DNA from: Phoronis australis
Taxonomy: Eukaryota > Animalia > Phoronida
Reading direction: 5' to 3'
Length of the DNA: 64,000 nt
Assembly (NCBI GenBank): GCA_002633005.1
Contig: NMRA01000015.1
Span: forward strand, 1,112,218 to 1,176,217
The stretch's first letter is position 1; each line of letters begins with the position of its first letter. The notes beneath the pieces were generated by a model that was given only the letters and a program-made list of their open reading frames with translations, made no database searches and was not told the origin of the DNA. The position numbers were made by a program, and so were the translations under genes. Positions 39,701-50,400 of the stretch are shown here, piece by piece.

Positions 39701-41162
39701 AGCCATTCGTTTCCAAAATGCAACCTCTACTTGTCTTTAATTCGCATTACATGAAACTGATTGTATATCAATGAATTATTGTTTGTATTTGATAAAAATA
39801 AATGCTGTTGATATTACATTTAATAGTCTTTGTGCACATATTTGACAATTTAATGTTTAACAACACGGCAAAAGCACGGCTGGTTCCCGGCAGCACGTAC
39901 ACAGAGGGCGGGGACTTCAGCTTTTAAAGTTCGCCGGTATGACCACAACTTCTGACCTTCGGCCTGGTTAAAAGAATGAGGTCATATGTCTTGGCATGCG
40001 CCGAGTGAAAATAGTGAGTTCGCAATTTTGGGAACTGAGATAGGGACTGCTCGAAGAAAAAGTTTGATAACGGGAGTACACTCCGAAACCCTATAGTCGT
40101 CCGCCTAAGCATAAAACCGGCTTGTTGTCTTACTCACCCAATTATTCCACTTCAAAGTTATGATCTGAATAGGACTTGATTTAACTCTCACAAATATATA
40201 GTATTCGTTGATTCAAACGTTTTCTTTTACTTAAGCCGAGTTGTTCAACTGTGCATTGGTTTTCGGCAGCCATTTTATAATGACACCTATGGTCGTCATG
40301 TGCTGCCGCCTTTTGAAAGGACAGAAAACCACACAGAAAAAGGCCAAGAAAATAGTGGAAAGTGGTTTACAGCAACTCTACTTCAACCACAAACTGTTTT
40401 ACTGGTATGATATCGATTTTTAAATCGATTAANNNNNNNNNNNNNNNNNNNNNNNNNNNNNNNNNNNNNNNNNNNNNNNNNNNNNNNNNNNNNNNNNNGT
40501 CTGAAGAAAATTTAATTTCGAAAATATCTTCTGAAAATGAACAAAAAAGTGCATTAGTAAAATCAACAAGTTTTTAAGTGGTCTCAAAAAAACAGTCGGT
40601 AAATGCATTAATTTTAGTCTCAGTTCTTCCACGCGTGTTTCTCCCGAGAGGTTAGTACCTAACGTGCAGACGAGCGTTCCAAATTGGAACGCTAAGTCCC
40701 GCGTGGCAGCGCTGCACGCGAAACAAGATGGCGGACGACCTTTGGAGACTGACGACGAGAGGTAATCGGACTATATTTGTTCGAGTTGGAAGGAATTAAA
40801 CACATTGACAACCTCCTAAAGTGTTCCTCTATGCGCAAAAGGTATTTATAACAACGTGACTTTGATATTTGTCGGTGCGAGGCATAATTCGCCGAAAAGC
40901 TTTCGACTATAGGAGCTGCATCGCCTCTGGTCGGGCCAACAGAGGCGATGGTCATTGCCTAGCAGGCTGGCTAGGCCTAGCTGCTTATACTTATTGTACT
41001 CACCGTGCCATAACGTGACTTCAGTTCTTCGGCTTCCCGTTCCTCAACCTTCCATTGTTTCTCTGCTTTTCCAAATGGATGCTGCTCCTTTTTTCTCCGT
41101 TTTCCTTTAGAAAACTGCCCCTTGATTTTACTATGTCGCATTTGTCTTACCTGTTTTTCCAT
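21711..41162 (-). CDS. DDX10: ATP-dependent RNA helicase DDX10 (DBP4), complete, ~846 aa
   Basis: 17 minus-strand GT-AG exons: 41162-41004, 35790-35730, 34534-34404, 33929-33771, 32862-32742, 30997-30883, 30402-30201, 29331-29169, 28562-28478, 28013-27912, 27236-27149, 26441-25938, 24989-24831, 24226-24074, 23312-23259, 22876-22701, 21819-21711. Total 2541 nt, in frame. Motifs: [65 protein letters not shown]10-type AFVSYLRS...[15 protein letters not shown] and C-terminal [17 protein letters not shown]. Confidence 0.95.
24270..24415. mobile_element. Harbinger-type MITE (degenerate)
   Basis: Imperfect TIRs ggcctgctttgctaaaatgtcataactttacaa / gtaaagttataacatttaatgaaacagtcc. Confidence 0.45.
25196..25640. 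mobile_element. pogo/Tc1-mariner-like MITE
   Basis: TIRs ggaattttctgtagataagccca / tgggcttatctaccgaaaatcccagta, with repeated subterminal ataaacgcccatgggcgtttattcgg motifs. Confidence 0.55.
26801..26860. repeat. 11-bp tandem repeat (~5 copies)
   Basis: Unit gtttggactca. Confidence 0.9.
31516..32046 (-). mobile_element. Internally deleted PIF/Harbinger transposon
   Basis: TIRs aagcgtgttcaa(t/c)a(g/a)agtgagcgcc at both ends. The minus strand encodes [30 protein letters not shown] (Harbinger transposase N-terminus), ending in a GTTAGT donor near 31712. A convergent plus-strand ATG stub (MASCESF...) starts at 31643. Confidence 0.8.
33230..33728. mobile_element. hAT-type MITE
   Basis: TIRs CAGGGGTTGGAA / TTCCAAGCCCTG, flanking duplication ATTAGAC(C), and repeated subterminal GCGGAAA motifs. 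Confidence 0.75.
36995..37114. mobile_element. 120-bp hairpin MITE of the same end family as 19120-20324
   Basis: gcactagtcggatataatggaccctgaattagagaac ... gttctctaaatcagggtccattatatccgactaatgc. Confidence 0.75.
37224..39285. repeat. 579-bp direct duplication (37224-37802 and 38707-39285) flanking a partial hAT-like element
   Basis: The two copies differ by roughly a dozen substitutions and no indels. A single N sits at 37803. The spacer ends in the hAT-like TIR ...gtcgagccctg (38706) with repeated ctcgcattt/tttgcgac subterminal motifs. Confidence 0.85.
39354..40973. mobile_element. Long-TIR non-autonomous DNA element, Academ-like (TAG...CTA ends), in DDX10 intron 1
   Basis: ~200-bp inverted repeats at 39354-39559 and 40775-40973. 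A second nested inverted pair lies at ~39560-39610 and ~40030-40078. Assembly gap at 40433-40498. The superfamily call is an inference from the end nucleotides and TIR length. Confidence 0.65.
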
Positions 41163-41490
41163 GCTTTTAAGCCGGAAGAAGATTGTACTTTGTTATTTCC
41201 TAAAGTTAAAGAGTACAGGTTCAACAAGGGAACGAATTCATTATCTAATTTGAGACATTACTTAGAGATATTGGAATAAACTAGATTTTATACAGTAAAA
41301 GAGATACAAAGGTGCATTTTAAGTTTCAGAATGTATCAGTTTCAGGTGTAGATATGTACTTAGCGACTGAATATTTTCAAAGTAGTTTACAACAATCACG
41401 TCAGAGGGCAATGTTTCTCAAGTGACGTCACGCTTGTTTTATTGAACTAAATCTTGCCTTTGACAGCGTCCACTAGTGAGTCAGAACGAA
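41163..41490. promoter_or_regulatory. Putative bidirectional promoter between DDX10 and the Shisa-like gene
   Basis: Divergent ATGs with only 328 bp between them. Palindromic CRE GTGACGTCAC at 41422-41431 and AP-1 TGAGTCA at 41477-41483. Confidence 0.65.
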
Positions 41491-44400
41491 ATGTCGTGGT
41501 CGACGGTTGCAGCCGTGTGCTCCCTTGGCACTCTACTTCTTCAAGAAGTCTGTGGTGAGTTTAACACAGTTATACATGTCGATAATCCGATGCTTTCTTA
41601 GCCGGCGCCCGTATTTCTTCGTCTTTTTTATGACATACACACAGTAAACCAGCGATTAGCAGTGTGTTGATTAATACCTTACGTCTTGACTCCTCACCTG
41701 CACTGTGCCTGTATTTTGTGTATGTGTGTTTGAGTGTGATTTGTGTCTGGAAACCCTGATGGATGAACAAGACATTTCCGTCTGTTCTGCCATTTACCAA
41801 AAAGGAATTGTCAATATCTCTACTTACTATGCTGGCGACATGTACTTTGAAAGTAGAAAATTTCCTTCTAGATTATCAAAAAATGTCATGTACAACTTTT
41901 GGTTATAAGCTTTAAATTGGAACTTGCAGGCTAAGTCCTTATCTCTCCCATTGCTTGGCCAAATTAGTTTGAAACACAACAGTTAGCGATGATGTGAATA
42001 AGAAATACGTTGAAAAATTTAAGAATGAGTTATGTGGCGAAAATGATCCACCGCAAGTCACTGAACCGTGTCCAGTAAGTATCATAACATGGTGCTGGGG
42101 ATTAACGCTGCATGATGTGGGCTATGTTAGCCCGTGAGGTACATCGTTAGTGCAAAGGTCACCTATTTGCAGAATTTTTCTTTTCACATTTACAAGTTGT
42201 CAATGAATACAACTGCACTTAAGTTTAGCGTAGATTGTGTTAGAAACGTAGAATAGAATTTTTATCATTTGGTTCCTGTTCCAGGTATACATTAACATAT
42301 AGTTAGGAGTGTTCAAAAATAAATCTTTAATTGAGCTTTGCATATTTATCAATTGTGACAAAATATTTTTAAGTTACATCAAAGTTGGGCTAATGTATTT
42401 GCGATCAGATAAATTGACTTGTTCTTAAACCATTAAACTTGATTTATTAGTAAAAAGTAATTCTGAATGATATTTCAGTCAGTGTTTGTTTAACCAGTCT
42501 CAATAAGGATTATGCCATATGCTAAACGAATTCATTGACTCAAAGTCACGAATTTAACGGAATTGAACTTCTGGATCAGAATGCTGTCGTTTAGAGATCG
42601 TGGAATTGCAACATTTTTGCCCGAATTAAATGCTTTGTAGTGCATGAAAAAATCATCTGATTTGCTCATTTGTTACTGAGTGCACAAACCAACCAGGTAT
42701 TTTTGGCTCGTACATGACCTTACTCGTTGTCGCTGAACCTGATTGGTTAATTATAGCTGTGTTAATCATTATTTAACATCATGTAAACATGGCGGAGATC
42801 ATCAGTAGGTTAATTCTAATACCTGATGCTTTGCATCATCTTAATCTGTTTTAGATTGTTTGTTAGGATGTGCTCTGTGGCAATGCAATACTCTTTGTCA
42901 TGATCTGCAATCCTAATGTTGCCATAAGCGAAACTGAGATCACATACAAACGAGATAACAAGGCATTTTGTGAACATTTGTCTTTTTACATTTTCCAATT
43001 TTTAAGGATGGAAAGCTCATCAAAATTTGAGTTACACTGTTAAGCATTGTTGAATAATTGTTTTTTTTTCAAAGTTTATGGACTGTGAATTTCTTACAAA
43101 CATGTAAATATTGCTAGTTTTATTTCTTTCTCAGACTAAATAGCTTTGTGCAGATGTATGCAAAATGTTGTTTCTTGGTAATGTCTTCAAACATTTATCA
43201 CCTTTATTTGACAAATATGTTTATTAGTTTCTTCGAAATGTCATGGATTTATCATTCGTTCAATTTTGAAAAAGGTTTTTGCGTCAATGACACAATCACA
43301 TTGTGACGACTTCAAAGTTCACAGTTCAGGTCCGCCTTTGGGCACACAGAATGGTTGAAGCTTTTCCCGGTGTCCACCAGTCTAGGAAGTTTACCTAGAT
43401 GTTTAAGATGTTGGTAAATATTAGAATACCGTAGTCTTTTAATTCAATAAAATTTTGCATTTCTGTCTCATTTTCTGCTGTTCCCCACATTTTGCTTGAA
43501 TTTGCTCATTTTTCAGATCTGTGATAACCATGAGCATGTTATTTCGTCAATCAAATTTGAGCTCTGGGTTTGTTAATGTTTTTCCATTGATTCAAGGAAT
43601 TGTTTGTTCTTGGTCATCCGATTTCTTATGGAATGTTCCAGCACTGTGAAAACCTTGAAGATCATTTTTGTGTCATAATAAACAAAATAAAAATTTGCCA
43701 CAACTGCACAAAAATACAAGTTTACGTATATTTCATGTGTATGAAAGAGATTTGACCTTCCAGTCTTCAAATATATTTTCTTTTTTAATGAGGTTGAAGT
43801 TTCCCAATTTGGGACAGTGCAAAATGAATTAGTTTGCTCAAGGTTGGAGCTTGCACCAAATTTTAGAAACAGGCTCTATTGACTCAGACCCAAATTCAAG
43901 GATTACCGTCAAGGACAAAAGATCCTTTATCTCCATGTTAGACACTATTGGAATGCATGAAAATGTTGCACTGGCATCTAGTTTCTACAGTTTTATGAAC
44001 TGTCAAGTCTATTTTCAGTGTCTGTTGATACAAAACACAATATCTGATATTTGACAAATATGTTGAACGCCAAAATCATGTGTCCCAATCTTCAAAAACA
44101 AGAAAATTGGATTTCCACTTGAATTTCAATGTTCCAAATTTTAGAAACTTTACCAAACTGGAGAATTTTTACCATACTCTTTTTGTGCAATGCCTCATAC
44201 TCATTAATACTATAAGAGTTTCAAAAATGTACGTGTTATAAACTTTATTATTTTCCAAGGAAACAGTTTATGAAGGATAGTGATGTGAGACTTCCAATAT
44301 GTAGGCGATGATGCTTGTCCATGCTGCCTATCATGTCTTTAACTTTGCTTAATTCGTAATTGTCGTTTGATGCATTGTATTTTATTTTTTATTTTTGTAT

Positions 44401-47400
44401 TGGAGATTCCTTGAATTCCGTCTTACCCCACTGATATCTTAAGAACTTCACAGTCATCCTTTTAGCTCATTCTAACTAATGTAAATCAGCTCTTTCAAAA
44501 GATATCGTTTACTTAAATTTTTGATTTGTTTCTTGGTCCTACCTAAGCAACATCTGAGCAATATGCTTTTAAATTATTGTGTAAAGATTTTATTCATTCA
44601 GGCTTCAGAAAAACGAGCTTAAAAGCGTGGGTTTAAAAGTGTTAAGTTCTTTGGTAAAACTTCTTCAATTTGGGACAAAATAATTGCTAAAATTGTCACA
44701 TTTATATTTTTCATAGGTTTACTGCATGGTTGCAAATGCTCAAAATTTTAACTGACTGTTGTTTGGTAATAGCTAGGCCATTAAGTTTATGCGCAAAATA
44801 AATTTACCTGAAAAGTTGTTGTTGTTAAGGAATTTTACAAAATGAAATTTCACCTGTCTTCTGTATTATGTTCCTATGGTATAGACTGGTGTGTCTGTTG
44901 AGGTACTGTCACAAATGTTGCTATTTCACTATTTCACTTACAGCGAAAGAGTTCTGTATGGGATACTTTGATTATGATGGAGAGTATCATAAAGGATTTT
45001 CTTGTTCGTCTTCATGTTGCGGCGAAGGAAAAGATCAGTACTGTTGTTCCAGGGACAAATCTGAGGTCACTATCCGCTACTCTTCAGACACATTGTAAGT
45101 TAAAGCATTTTCTTTCTTTGATTTTATCTCACCAATTTTGGACACAGTATGGTAGTCAAGGGGGGGAAACTTGGTTTCCTTGCGAGAAATTGTTTTGAAT
45201 TAGGCGGTAACAATTTTCTGCACTGCGTAGGTACCATTTGGCAACATTTGGACTGTTATGGACGTTTAGAGCAATATTTGAAGCTGTTAGTTGAAAATGA
45301 AAATCTTACAAGTTTGGCGATTATTTTTGTCTGAAGTTAATGAGATTGTGCCTCCTTATTCTTCTTTGTTGTACCATTGTCAGCAAGCTTTATATTGAGA
45401 CTTCTATTACATAATGCATTCTTCAAGTTTGTCCATGTGATATTTGTATTGTGTTTACTCATGCACTCACTCAACAGTGAATGTGTCACACATACTGTGT
45501 TGCTGGTCACTCATACTGTGTTGCTGGTCACACATACTGTGTTTCTGGTCACACATACTGTGTTTCTGGTCATACATACTGTGTTTCTGGTCATATATAT
45601 TGTCAAATAGATTTAATTGTCATGTTCACCTTGGATTCACCTTCATTTCAAACTGTTTTGTCTCAAGTAGATAGGACTGATATTTAAGAATGAAATGTCA
45701 CTGACTGATTTTGTGAAACCGCAGGAGAGCTGCATGTCGCAAATAATAATTGCATGACCTTCAGTTGATAAAACAAACAAATCTTGTGTGGTTCCTTGTT
45801 ATACATGACTGGAGCCCTTGCTATACAGGGTTGGGGTCCGCTGGCGTAAGTGGCGAGGAATCTTGGCTTACAGAACAAAAAGCCACCTCATTGCTTGCAG
45901 CTTACTCCCAGCATTACAAGATTATGCACCTATCATCGTAGTGGGGGCCATTTTGCTAGTCTTCACGAGTATTAAGTCACAAGCTTATTTATGAAATGAT
46001 TGTTTTTTTACTCGCATGATTTGCTGTGTTCTCTCTCGCAAGAAACATGCAGTGTGGAGTGAAACAGTTGTTTATTTTGGTATTCTCTTTAGTATCCGTG
46101 GATGTAAGACCATAATGGTAGCCAAGGGGAAAATATCGATATTTTAGAGATGTAAGAAATGGCTGCGGAAAACCCGGAGGGTCTGGATGACATGTGCATA
46201 TCTTGTCTGATAGAACTTTAACCTGTCTGCACGTAACAACAAGCGTTAGAAAACCATTGCACGTGTTCATCCAATTTAGGTGTGATGTGAGTGTCTACGA
46301 TTTTAACTAGGATAGTTAACCTCCCAATACTTGTGCTGTCTGAGTCTTCACGGTTTGCACCAGTCTTAATTAATTATTGCGCCAAATAGCTTTTGAAAAT
46401 CAAGGTAAACTCAAAAACCAGTAGTTACAGTTGATTTCAATATTCATTTGCACATTACCGTAATTTCAGCTGATCAATGTCAAACAAGTCAGTCTGTCAT
46501 CTTTTCATTTCTTTTAATTACAAATGACGATTGCACCTGCCAGCTTTAAACTCAAACACTCGTTTGTCCATGCAAATACACACGTCAGTGAGATCTACAT
46601 TGTAATTTTTTCTACTTGCAAATGAAATAAAGATGAAGAACAAGCTGTGCTGTTACTCAGTACAGCCATGCTTTCTCGTCGTCTTGACTACATGCATGTT
46701 CATGGACATAATGTTGGTATGTTTCTGTGGGACTTGAAGTTCCAAATATGTTGATTACAAGACTAGCTGCTTTTAGCTGATAACAGGCTAATTAGTCCAG
46801 CTTGTAATAAACCAGAGCTAGCTGGGCAGCTTTAAAGTGTGGATTTCAAGTAGTTTTAACTCAGTGTCAGATTGCATTCTCTTATAACCATGCTTAGAGT
46901 ACTGCTCCCTCATTTTTGTCTGATTAGATACATATTGCCTGAAGATTTTGTCTGTTAAAAGTTGCATTTACATTACACTCAACACTAGACCAGTTGACAA
47001 GAAGAATTGACAAACACTTCAGTTATGTCTCCTGTTTCTGACTAATTAAGTTGCACCTCGATCATATTCCATTTCCTCTTCATCAAAACACAAAACATGT
47101 TAAGATGAACTGGATAATTTCTATTGCGCTTGCGTGACACCCCACGTGTGGACATAACAATCAATAGAGACTTGAAAACTTTAGTATCAGTAAACGTAAG
47201 CCCGTGAGCCCTCTTTCCACTTCAGAGAATTTTGATTTAAGCACCTACTAGTACACCTGGGGTTTATTCTTGTATAATAAAGTTGTCGTAACCTCTCAAC
47301 AGCATCCTTACCAAGTCCACGAAGTCCCGTCAGCATTGCCGACAGCAAATAAGAATCCAGCAACAAAAATGTTGAATCCTGTTACTCAAGTCTTAAGAAT

Positions 47401-50400
47401 TTTGTCAAATATTTGTCTGTTCTCACATTTGAATACACCAAGAAATTATGATCATTGACCCAGTCACCAGGTGGCGATGCCATCTCGTCCATGAGTCGGC
47501 TCACCTAGAGTTGCCAAGCAGCATGATGACATTTCGTGAGTTCACTCAAAAATGGCAATTTATTAAAAGAAGAAATACTTGGTAGTGCTTATGATGTCAG
47601 ATATTACAAAATAATTAACACCGGATCTAAGTATGTTAATGTGCTTGGGATGGTTAATGATAATTGACCAACACTGCATGACTTCATTGTTGCCAGACAT
47701 GAAGAAAGCGCGATCTTGAGTAATTTACAGTAAAAATTTTACAGTTAGGGTGACAGTATCAAAAATATGGAGCACAGAAATTCAGACCTAGATTTTCCTA
47801 ATCTTGAGATTCAGATACATGGATGATTATGGCACTCACGGCATTTCTCAATTATATTGGACATTGTGTTTTGTATTAGAGTCTGTCAAACTCGCCAGTT
47901 TACACAATTGTCGAAAATAGTCATTGACGCCACATTTCCATGCATCCAGGTGAATAATTGTTATTATTTTTATTGAGAAATTGGAATAAGGTGCATACAA
48001 TTACCCACATTTTGAGAACCAGTTTTCTCCACTGAGTATTGGGCATCATACTGGTTCTCAAAATGTGGTCACATTGTATTCGACCATTGCCAAGAAATTT
48101 AACAACTTGATATTTCACGTTGCAGTCATATTGTAACCTAACTGATCATTTTTTACAGCAACTGAAACCCTGCTCTTGGTTTTCCATATGTGAGGACTGC
48201 ACATCATGTTGTTAAATGTTCTTATTGGTATTCCATATGTGAAGACTGACACATCATGTTGTTAAATGTTCCTAACATCCAATCCTCTACTTTGACAGAG
48301 ATGAATAAACCGTTTCAAGAGGAATCATTCTACCATTCACTCTTGATCATGCCAATGTACTGCCCATGGGCAATATTGAATTGTTGATGTTACCTCATGT
48401 TAAACCTGGCCTAAATCTTATGGGAGCTTGAATAGACCTTTTTGTATACTGGTGCCTCTTCAAATTTTCTTATAGGATTATTCCAGTAGTAATCCATGAA
48501 TCCTCATCCCCATGGTGTTATATAAGTTGATCTTCACTCCTAATGCAGGATATTACTATCATGCTCATTATGTATGATTCAACACCCACCTCTCATTCAA
48601 ATTCTAAAATTCCAATTTCTGTGCCCTGGGGATCGCCACATACTTTACACTTCAGTATGGCAGTTAAGTCGAATAGTGAAATGTATTGGTTTAATTACTA
48701 CTACCCAGCTTTTTTACCAATTATAGTACTGATAAAGTTGAGAAGTTGAGCTTACTAACAACAAATAATGAATCTTGATATTTCTACCTGTTTTTTCATC
48801 GGTTTTAATTTATTTACTTCCTGACCTTAATGTGTAAAACATGTGGAAATCTTTATCTCTGCGAACACAAACAAGAAACTAGTGGGCATGTATTTGACTA
48901 GTGATGCCTCTGAGGTTCACATTTTGTACAATTAAAAACCCTTCAAGTGCATGCAGTTAGAAGGTCACAGCTTTCTCTCTCCCCTGGCTGACCTACCCCT
49001 ATACCATGATCATGTTACGTAATGGAATTTGTCTAATGGATTGAGGTAGACATGGGTGAGGGAATGGTGGAGGCACTCAAAACCCAAGTTTAAGTGGGGG
49101 AGAGTGCTGCTAGTCTGTGATTGTGATGTGTGCTGTCACATGGTCCTCATTGACAGATTTTCCTTGAAATCTGCTTTGATTTTATCATGAAATATGATGC
49201 CAATCGTTATTTTTTACTAAAACAGACACAGATACTTTTTCCTCTAAAAGTTTCTAGTCCGTTTTCACCAACAGTTTCCCCTCTATTTCTCTGCATTAGA
49301 AAACCTTCTGGTTGGTAGTGATATTACTTCTAATAATTGTATAAACAGTATATGAATCAATAAATCTATTACTGGACTTACGGTACGGGGAGATGTCTAC
49401 GTTGCGTCCTCCTCGAGGAGGACGCAACGTAACCATCTCCATGTACCGTACGTCCGGTAATAGGTTTATTGATTCTTATACTATGACCCAACTGGATGAC
49501 TGAAAACATTCATTGAATTGTATAAACACTAAACACAGTTGAGTACACAGCTTAGAGAAAATATGACCCTGAGTGACTTGGATCTCTGCAAGCTATTAAT
49601 AAGAAATCAGTAGCCTGGAGCGCCTTCTTTCTCAATTGATTTATAAACTCACATTAAGATATTGGTAGAAGACGTTAAAGGTTGGCAAATGAGATGGATA
49701 AATTTTGAAATTAAACAAATGTTTTTGTAATTTATATATTTAAAGTTTGTTAAGGTCTCTTATAAATCTGATCCACAATTACCTCGGCATTGCTGTTGTG
49801 GGTATTTTTTGTTCCCAGGTCAAAGTTCATGATTCATCTGGACATATTGATACAGAATACGCCTAATTTGAATTATTGCCAAGTTATTTGGCAACCAGTA
49901 ACTTTATATAACAACGGTTACTACTTTATATTACAATGGTTACTACTTTATATTACAACGGTTACTACTTTATATAACAACGATTACAAGTTTATATAAC
50001 AATGGTTACTACTTTATATTACAACGGTTACTACTTTATATAACAACGATTACTACTTTATATAACAACGGTTACTTTAGTTACTTCATGCCCAATTTAA
50101 AATATTTTCAATTTGCATAGTTTGACTTTTAATAGGAACTTTAAAACTACTGTTTTGTACAGTAGAGACATTTTACACTACCCTTCTGTAGTTCTTCTCA
50201 AGATTTTTTGTGTTCTTACCAAATCTTTGATGGTTTGTTTGTTAGAATCTATATTCAGAATGACTATGATCACAAAAATCTAGAGCAGCTGCGCAGAAAT
50301 AAACATATTATTCTAGTGCCCTTATTTTACCCTCATTTGTTTGATTTGTCCATAAACTCCAGCGGTGTAGAAGTCAGGATGACACAGAGGCTGAAAAATA

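Noticed and set aside
40362-40632. ORFs containing X runs
   Set aside because: Artefacts of the assembly gap at 40433-40498.
45377-45687. Three overlapping repetitive ORFs
   Set aside because: Generated by the 21-bp minisatellite.
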